Of a stretch of DNA of 64,000 nt, positions 39,186 to 50,710 are shown piece after piece. Source of the stretch: Thermoanaerobaculia bacterium. GTDB lineage: Bacteria > Acidobacteriota > Thermoanaerobaculia > UBA5066. Every line of letters begins with the position of its first letter. Positions within the stretch are counted from its first letter, which is position 1. The stretch lies in NCBI GenBank assembly GCA_963816185.1, contig CAWFJJ010000008.1, forward strand, positions 1 to 64,000, written 5' to 3'. The notes under the pieces were generated by a model. That model was not told the DNA's origin. It searched no databases and saw nothing but the letters and a program-made list of their open reading frames with translations. The position numbers were made by a program, and so were the translations under genes.

Positions 39186-40283
39186 ATGCGAAAACCTGTC
39201 GTCCTCATCACGGGGGCCAGCGGAGAGATCGGACACGGCCTGATCACGCGCCTCGCCGCCGACGGCTCGCGGCCCATCCTCACGCTCGACCTCAAGCCGC
39301 TCGAGGCCGAGCAGGGCCGTCTCGTCGCGCGCGAGTTCGTCGGCTCGATCCTCGACCGGACCGTCCTCGAGCGGATCCTCTCCGAGTTCGAGATCGACCT
39401 CATCTTTCACCTCGCGGCGCTCCTCTCCACGCGCGGCGAGTTCACGCCGGTGACGGCGCATCAGGTGAACGTGGAGGGGACGCTCAACCTCCTCGAGTTC
39501 GCGCAGAGCGAGCGCCAGTCGCACGGGCGGCCCGTCGCGTTCCTGTATCCGTCCTCGATCGCCGCGTACGGCCTTCCCGACCTCGCGACGAAGTCTCGCG
39601 CCGGACGCGTGAAGGAGGACGACTTCAACCAGCCGACCACGATGTACGGCTGCAACAAGCTCTACGCAGAGCACCTCGGCCGGTACTACTCGCGGCACTA
39701 CAAGCAGCTCTCGTCCGAGACGGTGAGCTCTCGCGTGGATTTCCGGTGCGTGCGCTTCCCCGGGCTCATCTCCGCCGTGACGATGCCTTCGGGCGGAACC
39801 TCCGACTACGCTCCCGAAATGATCCACGAGGCCGCGCAGGGGAATCCCTACGCGTGCTTCGTCCGCGAGGACACGCGCATCCCGTTCATGGCGATGCCGG
39901 ATGCCGTCGAGGCTCTTCTCAGGCTCGCGGCCGCGCCCGCCGGGGCCCTCACGCGGCAGGTCTACAACGTGGGGGCGTTCCACCCCTCGGCCGGCGAGAT
40001 CCGGGACCTCGTGGCCGGGGCTTTTCCGGGCGCCCGCATCACGTTCGAGCCCGACCTCAAGCGCCAGGGCATCGTGGACTCATGGCCCGCCGACGTGGAC
40101 GACGCGGCGGCCAGGAGAGACTGGGGGTTCTCACCGCGCTTCGACCTGAAGCGGGCGTTCGCCGAGTATCTGATTCCGACGATCCGGAAGCAGTACCAGC
40201 GCAGGGGCCTTAGTCCCCCGCCTCGTCGTCGCGGTGGAAGGCGCCGGCCCCGGCGAGGACGGGGTCGAGGTCGAAGGGCTTAA
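39186..40283 (+). CDS. NAD-dependent epimerase/dehydratase, likely SDR-type L-threonine 3-dehydrogenase
   Basis: TGASGEIG, HLAALLS, PSSIA, MYGCNK, RFPGLIS, GGTSDYA, RQGIVDSWP; 3' end uncertain. Confidence 0.8.
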   Translation: MRKPVVLITGASGEIGHGLITRLAADGSRPILTLDLKPLEAEQGRLVAREFVGSILDRTVLERILSEFEIDLIFHLAALLSTRGEFTPVTAHQVNVEGTLNLLEFAQSERQSHGRPVAFLYPSSIAAYGLPDLATKSRAGRVKEDDFNQPTTMYGCNKLYAEHLGRYYSRHYKQLSSETVSSRVDFRCVRFPGLISAVTMPSGGTSDYAPEMIHEAAQGNPYACFVREDTRIPFMAMPDAVEALLRLAAAPAGALTRQVYNVGAFHPSAGEIRDLVAGAFPGARITFEPDLKRQGIVDSWPADVDDAAARRDWGFSPRFDLKRAFAEYLIPTIRKQYQRRGLSPPPRRRGGRRRPRRGRGRGRRA

Positions 40284-41568
40284 CCCACTTGTCGACGACG
40301 CTTTTCGTCCCCGGGACGCGAAGCTTCTCGAAGAGGAAGCCGAACTTCTCCTCGAGGCGCCTCCCGATCCCGACGCGCACGGGTTCCGGCAGGTCCCACG
40401 CGGCCTTCTTGAACGGCCCGATCGCCTTCTTGCGCGAGCGATAGAGGAACTGCTCGTCGGTGTCCTTCGGCTTCCTCTCGTCGGCCGCGTTCGCGTGCAC
40501 CCAGGCGTACATCTCCTCGCGAAGGCCTTTCGGAAGCCCTTCGTACGTCATGTTCTGGAACTCGGTCGCGAGGTGGACCTCCGAGGCGCCGTGCTCGGGA
40601 AACTGGTGGAAGTTCTCCGGTGCGACGGTCGACGCGCCGTGCTGGACGGCGCCGGAAAGTCCGTACTCCGTCCGCGCGACTTTCGAGATGGCTTCGATCG
40701 CGTCGAAGTGGATCTCGACCTTCGCGACGGTCCCGTCCGGGAGAGGCGTGCCGCCGTGGGACGTCCCCGTGTTGATCGAGATCTTCGAGACGCCCTTCAT
40801 CCCGGCGGGCAGCGCCGCGAGATAGCCGTTCATGAAGGCGCGGAACTCCTCCGGCGTGGAGACGTCCTTGCCCACCTCGCCGATCTCCCCGCCGATCGAG
40901 ATCGTGACGCCCTTCGGCTCGCGCGCGCGGATGAAGCGCGTGAAATGCGCGGCGTTCTCGAAATTCTGCCGCTGCTGGAGCGCCTCGGTCGACTGGGACA
41001 TGTCGACGAGCGTCGACGTGTCGATGTCGATGTTCAGAAAGCCGGCCGGGATCGACTCCTCGATGAGCGCCTCGATCGCCCGCCGTTCCGCGCCGGGGTC
41101 CGCGGCGTACTTTTTCGCGTTCATCTGGAAGTGGTCGCCCTGGATGAAGACGGGTCCCCGGTGTCCTTCCTTGATCGCGGCGGCCAGGACGGCCGCTACG
41201 TACTCGCCCGGGCGCTGGTCGGTGTAGCCCATCTCGCTGCGTGCGATCTCGAGGATGAAGGCGCCCACGTCTCGCGCCTTCGCCGCGCGAAAGACCGCGC
41301 GCGCGGCGTCGTACGTGAGCATGCGGAGGTTGATGGCCGGCGTCGTGAACCCGCCTGCTTCTCCGCGCCCCATCGCGACGTAGAGCTCCTGGATGGACGC
41401 GGGCAGGATGCCGAGAGCGGCGGCGGCCTTCCGGATGGAGAGGCGCGCCTCCTCGCGATTCGCGGCATCGGCTTCGAAGACCGCGCTCCTCACGAGGTTG
41501 TCGATCGTGCGAGTCCGAAAGCCGGCGGGATCCCGCTTCACCTCTAAAAGGACGTTCTCGACGGACAT
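40210..41568 (-). CDS. fba: Class II fructose-bisphosphate aldolase family
   Basis: IQGDH, DIDTS, GGEIGEVG, GTSHGG, VQHGAS, HLATE. Confidence 0.85.
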   Translation of the reverse strand: MSVENVLLEVKRDPAGFRTRTIDNLVRSAVFEADAANREEARLSIRKAAAALGILPASIQELYVAMGRGEAGGFTTPAINLRMLTYDAARAVFRAAKARDVGAFILEIARSEMGYTDQRPGEYVAAVLAAAIKEGHRGPVFIQGDHFQMNAKKYAADPGAERRAIEALIEESIPAGFLNIDIDTSTLVDMSQSTEALQQRQNFENAAHFTRFIRAREPKGVTISIGGEIGEVGKDVSTPEEFRAFMNGYLAALPAGMKGVSKISINTGTSHGGTPLPDGTVAKVEIHFDAIEAISKVARTEYGLSGAVQHGASTVAPENFHQFPEHGASEVHLATEFQNMTYEGLPKGLREEMYAWVHANAADERKPKDTDEQFLYRSRKKAIGPFKKAAWDLPEPVRVGIGRRLEEKFGFLFEKLRVPGTKSVVDKWVKPFDLDPVLAGAGAFHRDDEAGD

Positions 41569-41593
41569 GGAAGCCTCCCGGAACCGTGCGATT

Positions 41594-42460
41594 CTATTTG
41601 GAAAACTCGCCGCCCAGAAAAGACACCAGGTGGGCAAAGTCCTTCTCGCCGAGGCCTGCCTTCCGCGCCCTTTCGTACTCGCTTCGCGCGGCGTCCACGA
41701 CGGGCGCGCCGGCCGGTCCTCCGCCGGCCTCGACGAGGAGGCGCAGGTCCTTCTCCATGAGAGCGAGCTGGAAAGCGGCCGGCTCGCCGCCCGCCGCGAG
41801 GAAGTCCGTCTTGGCCTTGAGGTAGGGCGCGACGGAGGGGATCGAGAGGAGCCACGCGCGCGTGCGCTCTCTCGGCAAGCCGAGGGAGCTGGCGAGGGCA
41901 AGCGCCTCGCCGAAGGCCGCGAGGGTGACGCCGTACATCAGGTTGTTCACGAGCTTCATCGCCGAGCCCTGTCCGACGCCGCCGAAGTGGAGAGTCTCGG
42001 TGCTCACGGCGCCGAGGACTTCCTTCGCCTTCGCGAGGACCGCCGCGTCTCCTCCCGCGAGGAGCTTCAGCGTGCCGTCGGTGGCCGGCTTGACGCTGCC
42101 GGCGACGGGCACGTCGCAGAAGTCCGCACCCTTCTCGCGTGTCCGCTCCGCCGCGCGGCGCGACGCTGCGGGCGTCACCGTGGAGAAGTCGAGCCAGATC
42201 TTTCCGGACGAAAGGCCGGCGACGAGGCCGTCCGGCCCGTCCGCCACGGCCTCGAGCGCCGCGGGATCGGAGAGCATCGTGCAGACGATGTCCGCGCCGG
42301 CCGCAGCCTCTCGCGGAGTCGAAGCGATCGCCGCGCCCGCGATCGCGCGGGCGCGCTCGGGATGACGGTTCCAGACGGTGAGAGGAAAGCCCGCGTGGAG
42401 GATCCGGCGGGCCATGGGGGCGCCCATCGCGCCGAGGCCGAGGAAGGCGACGCGTGTCAT
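41594..42460 (-). CDS. Beta-hydroxyacid dehydrogenase (3-hydroxyisobutyrate/tartronate semialdehyde reductase family)
   Basis: FLGLGAMGAPMA, WNR, DVPVAGS, MKLVNN, KDL. Confidence 0.88.
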   Translation of the reverse strand: MTRVAFLGLGAMGAPMARRILHAGFPLTVWNRHPERARAIAGAAIASTPREAAAGADIVCTMLSDPAALEAVADGPDGLVAGLSSGKIWLDFSTVTPAASRRAAERTREKGADFCDVPVAGSVKPATDGTLKLLAGGDAAVLAKAKEVLGAVSTETLHFGGVGQGSAMKLVNNLMYGVTLAAFGEALALASSLGLPRERTRAWLLSIPSVAPYLKAKTDFLAAGGEPAAFQLALMEKDLRLLVEAGGGPAGAPVVDAARSEYERARKAGLGEKDFAHLVSFLGGEFSK

Positions 42461-42466
42461 GCGCGC

Positions 42467-42476
42467 ATCTTAAGAT
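42467..42476. promoter_or_regulatory. Palindromic bidirectional -10 element
   Basis: ATCTTAAGAT gives TAAGAT on both strands, each 6 nt from a start codon. Confidence 0.7.
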
Positions 42477-42482
42477 CGCAGG

Positions 42483-43876
42483 GTGACGCGGCGCGACCTG
42501 TCTTCCGAGGAAAAGCGCGCTCTCGCGGCGATCGTGGGAGAGGGACACCTCCTCGCCTCCCCGGACGACGTCGCCCCTTACGCCAAGGATTGGACGCGCG
42601 ACCTCGTCGCGGCCCCCGCCGCCGTGGCGCGCCCGCGGACGACGGAAGAAGTCTCGCGTCTCCTCGCGTTCTGCAGCGCGCGCGCGATCCCGGTCACGCC
42701 GCAGGGCGGCCGCACGGGCCTGTCGGGCGGCGCCCTCGCGGTTTTTGGCGGACTCGGTCTCTCCCTCGACCGGATGGCCTCGATTCTCGAGATCGACGCG
42801 GACAACTTCGTCGCCGTCGCCGAAGCGGGCGTCGTGACGCAGACGCTCCAGGAGGCCGTCGAGGAAAAGGGCCTCTACTACCCGCCCGACCCCGCGTCGC
42901 GGGGCTCGTGCACGATCGGAGGCAACGTCGCCGAGAACGCGGGCGGACCGCATGCCGCCAAGTACGGCGTCACGGGACGCTGGGTGCTCGGCCTCGAGGC
43001 GGTCTTCGCGGATGGCTCGGTTGCCGAGACGGGCGGCAAGACGCGCAAAGACGTCGCGGGCTACGACCTGACGGCGCTCCTCGTCGGGAGCGAGGGCACG
43101 CTCGCGGTCGTCACGAAGGCCTGGCTGCGCCTCATCGCGAAACCGGCCGTCTGGGCGACCGTCCTCGCGCCCTTTCCGTCTCTCGAGTCGGCGGCGGCGG
43201 CGGTCTTCGAGATCCACCGGCGCGGCCTCGTCCCGTCCGCCTGCGAAATCGTGGACCGTCCCACGATCGAGGTCGTCTCGAGGAAGAAAGGCGCCGCCGT
43301 GCCGTTTCCGGAGGCCGAGGCGCGCCTCCTCCTCGACTTCGACGGCGCCACGGACGAGGAAGTGGAGCGCGCGGTCACGTCCGCGGGCGAGATTCTCCTC
43401 GAGTGCGGCGCCCTCGACGTCGCGCTCGCGGCCGACGAGCCGCGGCGGCGCGCGCTCTGGGAGGTGCGGCGTGGAAGCGCCGAGGCGATCCACGAGCTGG
43501 GCCTCACGTTCGAGCTCGATCTCGCGGTCCCGCGCTCCGAGCTCGTCCCGCTCGTGAAGGGCGTGAGGCGGCTCGCGGAGGCGGCGCACCTGCGCGCGTT
43601 CGCGTACGGGCATGCCGCAGACGGGAATCTTCACGTGCGTCTTCTCCGGGAAGGGGCGGCCGGGCCGGCGGCATTCGAGTCCGTGGTCTCGGCGATCTAC
43701 GCCGAGGCGGTGCGCCTCGGCGGGACGATCACGGGCGAGCACGGCGTCGGCCTCACCCTGCGCGACCTCCTCCCGATGCGCCGCCCGCCCCCGTTCCTCG
43801 CCGCGATGCGCGCGATCAAGCAGGCCCTCGATCCGAACGGGATCCTGAATCCGGGGAAGGTGATCCCCGCGCCGGG

Positions 43877-43880
<4 letters not shown>
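42483..43880 (+). CDS. FAD-linked 2-hydroxyacid oxidase (GlcD-like)
   Basis: GGRTGLSGGA, PPDPAS, IGGNVAENAGG, GSEGTL, GHAADGNLH, GEHGVG, NPGK. Confidence 0.9.
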
Positions 43881-45109
<1,229 letters not shown>

Positions 45110-45147
45110 GCACGAGCTCCGGCCGCTGCCTCCGCTACACTCGCGGC

Positions 45148-46614
45148 ATGCCCGTCGCCGATTTCGAGCCCGTGATCGGGCTCGAAGTGCACTGCCAGCT
45201 CAAGACGAAGAGCAAGGCGTTCTGCCCGTGTCCCGTCGTGTTCGGCGCGCCGCCGAATACGGCCGTCTGCCCCGTGTGTCTCGGCTATCCGGGCGTCCTC
45301 CCGACAGTGAATCGCGAGATGGTGACGCTCGCGATGCGCGTCGCGCTCGCGACCGGCTGCACGATCGAGGAGAGGTCGGTCTTCGCGCGGAAGAACTACT
45401 TCTACCCGGACCTCCCGAAGGGCTACCAGATCTCGCAGTACGACAGGCCATTGGCCACGCGGGGCGCGGTCGCTCTCGGTGCCGACGGCTCGCCGAAGAG
45501 CGTGCGGCTCAACCGCGTTCACCTCGAGGAGGACGCCGGCAAGTCGATGCACGACTTCCCGTGGCAGGACGTGCCCACGGGCGTTTCTCTCGTCGACCTG
45601 AACCGCGCCGGCACGCCGCTCATCGAGATCGTGTCCGAGCCGGACCTCTCCTCGGCCGCGGAAGCGTACGAATACCTCGTCCATCTGCGCCGGCTCGTGC
45701 GCTGGGTGGAGGCCTCCGACGGCAACATGGAGGAGGGCTCGCTCCGGTGCGACGCGAACGTCTCCGTGCGGAAGAAGGGCGCCCGGGCGCTCGGGACGAA
45801 GGTGGAGATCAAGAACCTGAACTCCTTCGTGCACGTGAAAAAGGCGATCGAGCACGAGGTCGAGCGGCAGGTCGAGGCTCTCGAGGCCGGGAAGGCCCTC
45901 GTGCAGGAGACGCGTCTCTACGAGCCCGCGACGGGCGCGACGAAGGCGATGCGGAGCAAGGAAGAGTCGATGGACTATCGTTACTTCCCCGACCCCGACC
46001 TCGGCACGCTCGTCGTCGACGAGGCGTGGAAATCGGGCGTCGCCGCGGCGATGCCGGAGCTCCCACGGGCGCGGAGCGCACGCCTTGTGATCGCATACGG
46101 CCTTCCGGCCGTCGACGCGGACCTCGTCTGCCTGTCGCGCCCGCTCGCGGACTTTTACGAGGCCGCCGTCGCGGCCTATCCGAAGAATCCGAAGGGGGTC
46201 GCGAACTGGCTCCTCACCGAGCTTCTCGCGAGGATGTCCGACGCCGACCGGCACGCGGGGCGCATGCCCGTCGCGCCCCGAACGCTTGCGACGCTCGTCC
46301 TTCGCATCGACGACGGGACGATCTCGGGAAAGATCGCGAAGGAGCTGCTGGACGATCTGATCGCGACCGGGCGGCCCGTCGACGATCTCGTGAAGGAGAA
46401 GGGGCTCGTCCAGATCAGCGACGAGGGAGAGATCCGGGAGATCGTCGCGGCGGTCGTCGCCGATCATCCCCAACAGGTCGCGACGTATCGGGGCGGGAAG
46501 ATTGCGTCTTTCGGCTGGTTCGTCGGCCAGGTCATGAGAGCGACCGGCGGCAAGGCGAATCCGGAAGTCGTGAATCGCCTTCTCCGCCAAGCCCTCGATC
46601 CTCCGGTGAAATGA
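45148..46614 (+). CDS. gatB: Asp/Glu-tRNA amidotransferase subunit B
   Basis: IGLEVH, RKNYFYPDLPKGYQISQ, HLEEDAGK, RCDANVS, DYRYFPDPDL. Confidence 0.97.
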   Translation: MPVADFEPVIGLEVHCQLKTKSKAFCPCPVVFGAPPNTAVCPVCLGYPGVLPTVNREMVTLAMRVALATGCTIEERSVFARKNYFYPDLPKGYQISQYDRPLATRGAVALGADGSPKSVRLNRVHLEEDAGKSMHDFPWQDVPTGVSLVDLNRAGTPLIEIVSEPDLSSAAEAYEYLVHLRRLVRWVEASDGNMEEGSLRCDANVSVRKKGARALGTKVEIKNLNSFVHVKKAIEHEVERQVEALEAGKALVQETRLYEPATGATKAMRSKEESMDYRYFPDPDLGTLVVDEAWKSGVAAAMPELPRARSARLVIAYGLPAVDADLVCLSRPLADFYEAAVAAYPKNPKGVANWLLTELLARMSDADRHAGRMPVAPRTLATLVLRIDDGTISGKIAKELLDDLIATGRPVDDLVKEKGLVQISDEGEIREIVAAVVADHPQQVATYRGGKIASFGWFVGQVMRATGGKANPEVVNRLLRQALDPPVK

Positions 46615-46621
46615 TCTCCTC

Positions 46622-47347
46622 GTGATCGAGTTCTACCGCGTCGCCAAGGAATATCAGGGCCGCAGGGTCCTACGCGACGTGACGTTCAAGACGAAGAAGG
46701 GGGAATTCCTTTTCCTGACGGGTCCGTCGGGCTCCGGGAAGACGACGCTCCTCAAGCTCATCTTCCACGCGGAGAAGCCCACGGAGGGCCAGATCATCGT
46801 GAACGGGATGAACGTGAGCGGCATGCCGGCCTCGCGCGTCCCGGCCCTTCGCCGCTCGATGGGGATCGTCTTCCAGGACTACAAGCTCCTGCCGGCGCGG
46901 ACCGTCCTCGACAACGTGACGTACGTGCAGAAGTTCCTCGGCGTGACCGCGGCCGAGCGAAGGCGCCGCGCCTACCAGACGCTGCGCCTCGTGGAGCTCC
47001 ACCATCGGCTCGCCGCGCTCCCCGAAGAGCTCTCCGGCGGCGAGCAGCAGCGTGTCGCCCTGGCGCGAGCGCTCGTGAACGAGCCGGTGCTTCTGGTTGC
47101 GGACGAGCCCACGGGCAACCTCGACCATCGCCTGGCGGCTGAGGTCATGCGACTGCTGCAGGACATCGCCGTGCGCGGGACGACGGTCCTCGTCGCCACA
47201 CACGACCAGGATCTCGTGAGGGCCGCGGGGCGCCGGTGCCTGACGCTCGATCGCGGGCGCGTCGTGGAAGGGCTCGTCGAGGCAGGTCTTCCGCCCCAGG
47301 CCTTGGCGAAGCAGTCGGACCCGGGACGCCGGGAGCCCGCCCCGTGA
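46622..47347 (+). CDS. ftsE: Cell division ATP-binding protein
   Basis: GPSGSGKTT, VFQDYKLL, LSGGEQQR, ADEPTGNLD; adjacent to ftsX. Confidence 0.9.
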   Translation: MIEFYRVAKEYQGRRVLRDVTFKTKKGEFLFLTGPSGSGKTTLLKLIFHAEKPTEGQIIVNGMNVSGMPASRVPALRRSMGIVFQDYKLLPARTVLDNVTYVQKFLGVTAAERRRRAYQTLRLVELHHRLAALPEELSGGEQQRVALARALVNEPVLLVADEPTGNLDHRLAAEVMRLLQDIAVRGTTVLVATHDQDLVRAAGRRCLTLDRGRVVEGLVEAGLPPQALAKQSDPGRREPAP

Positions 47348-48249
47348 ACCGTCCGGCCGCGCTCGCCGCTCTCGTCTCGGAGGCGCTCGAAGGCCTCGGC
47401 CGCGCCCGGCGCATGACGAGCCTGTCCGTGGCGCTCATCGCGATCTCGATCGGCCTCGTCGGGGCTTTCTTCCTCGTGGCGGAGAACCTGAAGAGCGTCG
47501 TCGAGACGGTGCGCGACGAGTCGACCGTGACCGTCTTCCTCAAGTCCACGGCGACGGAGGCGGACTGTGCCGACCTCGAGCGCGTGGCGAAGGAGACTCG
47601 CCTCGTGGCGCGGATGCACCGCGTCTCGCCCGACGAAGCGCGCACGCGCTTCTCGACGTGGTGGAAATCGCTCGCGCCGGCCGCGCGCTCCCTGCCGGGC
47701 AACCCGTTTCCGGCCTCGCTCGAGATGGAGCTCGAGCCGGCAGCCATGATCTCCGACGCGCTCCCCTCTTTTCTCAAGCTCCTCGCGTCTCAACGCGCGA
47801 CCGAGGAGGTCCAGTTCGACGTCGAGTGGATCCGCCGCCTGCGCGGGGCCGTCTCTCTCGCGCGCCTGACGGGCCTCGTCCTCGCGGTTTTCCTGACGCT
47901 CGGGGCGGCGTTCACGATCGCGAACGTCGTGCGGCTCACGATCCTCCTTCATCGCGACGAGATCGAGATCCTGCGCCTCGTGGGCGCGCCGGAGTTCCTG
48001 ATCAGAGGTCCGTACCTGCTCGGAGGCCTCGTGCAGGGCTTTCTCGGCGCGCTCGTCGCGCTCGCGCTTCTGTGGCTCGCCACGCGCGCGGTCCTCGCGT
48101 GGGTCGCCGCGACGAAGAACGCGCTCCTCGGCGTCTTCGCCGTGCGCTTCCTGCCCGCGTCGGCATGTCTCCTTCTCCTGGCGTTCGGCCTCGCGGCCGG
48201 GCTGCTCGGGGGCCTCCTCGCGGTGCGGCGCGGGAACCTCGCGGGATGA
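47344..48249 (+). CDS. ftsX: Cell division permease
   Basis: NPFPAS, NVVRL..HRDEIEILRLVGA..FLIRGPY; 4 TM segments. Confidence 0.88.
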   Translation: MNRPAALAALVSEALEGLGRARRMTSLSVALIAISIGLVGAFFLVAENLKSVVETVRDESTVTVFLKSTATEADCADLERVAKETRLVARMHRVSPDEARTRFSTWWKSLAPAARSLPGNPFPASLEMELEPAAMISDALPSFLKLLASQRATEEVQFDVEWIRRLRGAVSLARLTGLVLAVFLTLGAAFTIANVVRLTILLHRDEIEILRLVGAPEFLIRGPYLLGGLVQGFLGALVALALLWLATRAVLAWVAATKNALLGVFAVRFLPASACLLLLAFGLAAGLLGGLLAVRRGNLAG

Positions 48250-48274
48250 CGAGCCGCATGCTTGAGGGCGGACC

Positions 48275-48785
48275 TTGATCGAGCTCCTGACGGAACGGCT
48301 GCAGCTACGGATCTTCCAGCTCGATGACTTCGAGGCCCACGCCGAGATCTGCGCGGATCCCGAGGTCATGAAGTACATTCGCGCCGGCCCTCTCTCGCGT
48401 CGACTCGTGGTGGCAGATGGCACGATATGTTGGGCACTGGCACCTCCGTGGCTACGGCCTTTGGGCCGTCGTCGAGCGGGCAACCGGCCGCCTCATCGGG
48501 CATCTCGGCTACCTCGACCCCGAGGGCGGCCACGGGTTCGAGATGGGCTGGGCCCTCGCGCGCCACGCCTGGGGCAAGGGGTATGCGCTCGAAGGATGCC
48601 GGGCCGCGGTCGATTACGCGTTCGCGGCGCTCGACCGCGACCGGATCGTGTGCCTCATCCATCCCGACAACGCCCGATCCATTCGGGTCGCGGGGCGTCT
48701 CGGCGCGGTCCGGGAAGGGGAACTCGAGGAATCGGACAAACGCCTTCTCCTTTACGCCCTCACGCGGCCCGCACGACCGGTCTGA
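48275..48785 (+). CDS. RimJ/RimL-like GNAT acetyltransferase, frameshifted near 48398
   Basis: TERL.LR..DPEVMKY in one frame, then GHW..RGYG, EMGW, WGKGYA.E, N.RSIRVA in the next. Confidence 0.85.
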
Positions 48786-48815
48786 CACATCTTGCAGTCG
48801 GGAAAGGAGCACTTC

Positions 48816-49124
48816 ATGCCGTCCACACCTCCCCGCGTCGAAGAATTTCAAGTCACGGGCTCCCAGCTCGTCTCCTCGGTCAAGGATCTCTTTCACGAGG
48901 GAAACATCCGGCGGATCTCGATTCGCAACGCCGAGGGAGTCACGCTCCTCGAGATCCCTCTCGTCGTCGGCCTCGCCGGCGCCGTCCTCGCTCCGGTCTG
49001 GGCCGCTCTCGGTGCACTCGCCGCTCTCGTGGCCAAGTGCACTCTGGTCGTCGAGAGAATCGGGGACGCGCCGCCGGCAACGTCGAAGCCGGTCAAGACA
49101 GCCAGCCGGAAGAGAACGACCTAG
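48816..49124 (+). CDS. DUF4342-like protein
   Basis: EEFQV, HEGNIRRI.I, LEIPL, hydrophobic C-terminus; SD AAGGAG. Confidence 0.75.
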   Translation: MPSTPPRVEEFQVTGSQLVSSVKDLFHEGNIRRISIRNAEGVTLLEIPLVVGLAGAVLAPVWAALGALAALVAKCTLVVERIGDAPPATSKPVKTASRKRTT

Positions 49125-49180
49125 TCAAATCCCGAATCGGAGTTCGCCGTGGATTTCATCGCCCAATCGGGGAGGTCCCA

Positions 49181-49456
49181 ATGTGTCGGAACATCAAGAC
49201 CCTCTTCAATTTCGAGCCCCCGGCCACCGAGGAGGAGATCCGGGCGTCCTCCTTGCAGTTCGTGAGGAAGCTCAGCGGTTTCACGAAGCCTTCGAAGGCG
49301 AACGAAGCGGCGTTCGAACGCGCGATCGATCAGGTGGCCGAGGCGGCGCGCACGCTCATCTCGTCTCTGATCACGACTGCGGATCCCAGGGACCGTGAGG
49401 TCGAAGCCAGGAGAGCGCGCGCGCGAGCGGCCGCGCGATTCGGTCAGGCGAAGTAG
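49181..49456 (+). CDS. DUF2277 family protein
   Basis: MCRNIKTLFNFEPPAT..EI.A..LQFVRK.SG; SD GGAGG. Confidence 0.88.
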   Translation: MCRNIKTLFNFEPPATEEEIRASSLQFVRKLSGFTKPSKANEAAFERAIDQVAEAARTLISSLITTADPRDREVEARRARARAAARFGQAK

Positions 49457-49499
49457 GGCGAGAAGGCGCCGATCCCGTGCAGGAATTGAAAAACGATCC

Positions 49500-50669
49500 C
49501 TAGACCCCCCGGTGGCCGGCGAGGAGCGCCTCGGGCTCTTCGGGCGGCGCGGGATCGGGTGTCCGCTCGCCGAGGAGAGCGGCCCACGGCGCGAAGCGGT
49601 CGAAGCGCTCGGTCACGACCTTGATCATCGCCGTGAGCGGAACCGCGAGGATCGCGCCCGGGACGCCCCACAAAATGCCCCAGAACAGGAACGCGAACAG
49701 GACGGCGAGAGGGTGGAGCCGCACGCGGCTGCCCACGATGAACGGCGTCAGGACGTTGCCCTCGAGGAACTGCACGACCGAATAGAAGACGAGGACCTTC
49801 ACGGGCAGCGCTGCGTCGCTTGAAGCGAGGAGCGCGATGAGAAAGGCAGGCGTCGTCGAAAAGATGACGCCGACGTAGGGGACGAGAACGCAGACACCGG
49901 CGAGCGGGCCGAGCACGTATCCGTATGGGACGCGCAGCACGAGAAGGCCCGCGGTCGTGATGCAGGCTGTGATCAAAACCACGAACAGCTCGCCGAGAAC
50001 GTATCCGGACAGGACGCGTGCGACACCGACGGCGAAGTCCTGTGCGGCCCGGCCTCCCTTGATCCGCAGAATTTTCACGACCGCCCCGCCGTACTTCTCG
50101 CGGTCCTTCAGCATGAAGAACGAAAGCATCGGGACCGCGGCGGTATAGAGGAGAAGAGAGACGATCGTCTTGACCTGAAGCGCGACCTTCGTGAGCGAGT
50201 CGAACGCGTCCGACTCGAGTCGCACGGAGCGCGTGGTCCGATCGCCTTCGGGCAGGAGCGAGCGCGTACGCTCCTCGAGCTGGGCGAAGAGGCCCTGCGC
50301 TTTCGAGGTGAAAGCCCGGATCCGCGTCTCGTAGGCGGGCAGGTCGCGGGTGAAGGCCTCGATCTGCGACATCGCGTTGACGACGAAAAAGACGACGAGC
50401 GCCGAAAGAAGAACGATGACCGTGAGAACGGCCAGTGAGCGCGGGAATCGGACCTTCTCGAGAAGAACGACGAACGGCTGGAGCGCGAAGGAAAGGAAGA
50501 GGGCGAAGAAGAACATGACGAACAGGACCTTTCCCGCCCAGAGCATTCCCACGAGAGCCGCTGTCGCGAGCACGACGAGCGCCCGTGAGCGGAACACGCC
50601 GCCTGCGGCGGGGTTCGTCCCCGTGGAGAATGTTCCGGTCGAGAAGAGTCCGCTCGAGCTCGAATCCAC
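49500..50669 (-). CDS. AI-2E family transporter
   Basis: VPYVG, QFLEGNVLTP, LHP, WG.PG.ILAVP. Confidence 0.88.
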   Translation of the reverse strand: MDSSSSGLFSTGTFSTGTNPAAGGVFRSRALVVLATAALVGMLWAGKVLFVMFFFALFLSFALQPFVVLLEKVRFPRSLAVLTVIVLLSALVVFFVVNAMSQIEAFTRDLPAYETRIRAFTSKAQGLFAQLEERTRSLLPEGDRTTRSVRLESDAFDSLTKVALQVKTIVSLLLYTAAVPMLSFFMLKDREKYGGAVVKILRIKGGRAAQDFAVGVARVLSGYVLGELFVVLITACITTAGLLVLRVPYGYVLGPLAGVCVLVPYVGVIFSTTPAFLIALLASSDAALPVKVLVFYSVVQFLEGNVLTPFIVGSRVRLHPLAVLFAFLFWGILWGVPGAILAVPLTAMIKVVTERFDRFAPWAALLGERTPDPAPPEEPEALLAGHRGV

Positions 50670-50710
50670 GGCGGCGTCAGTCTAACGCCGCCGCGGACGA
50701 GACCGCCGGG

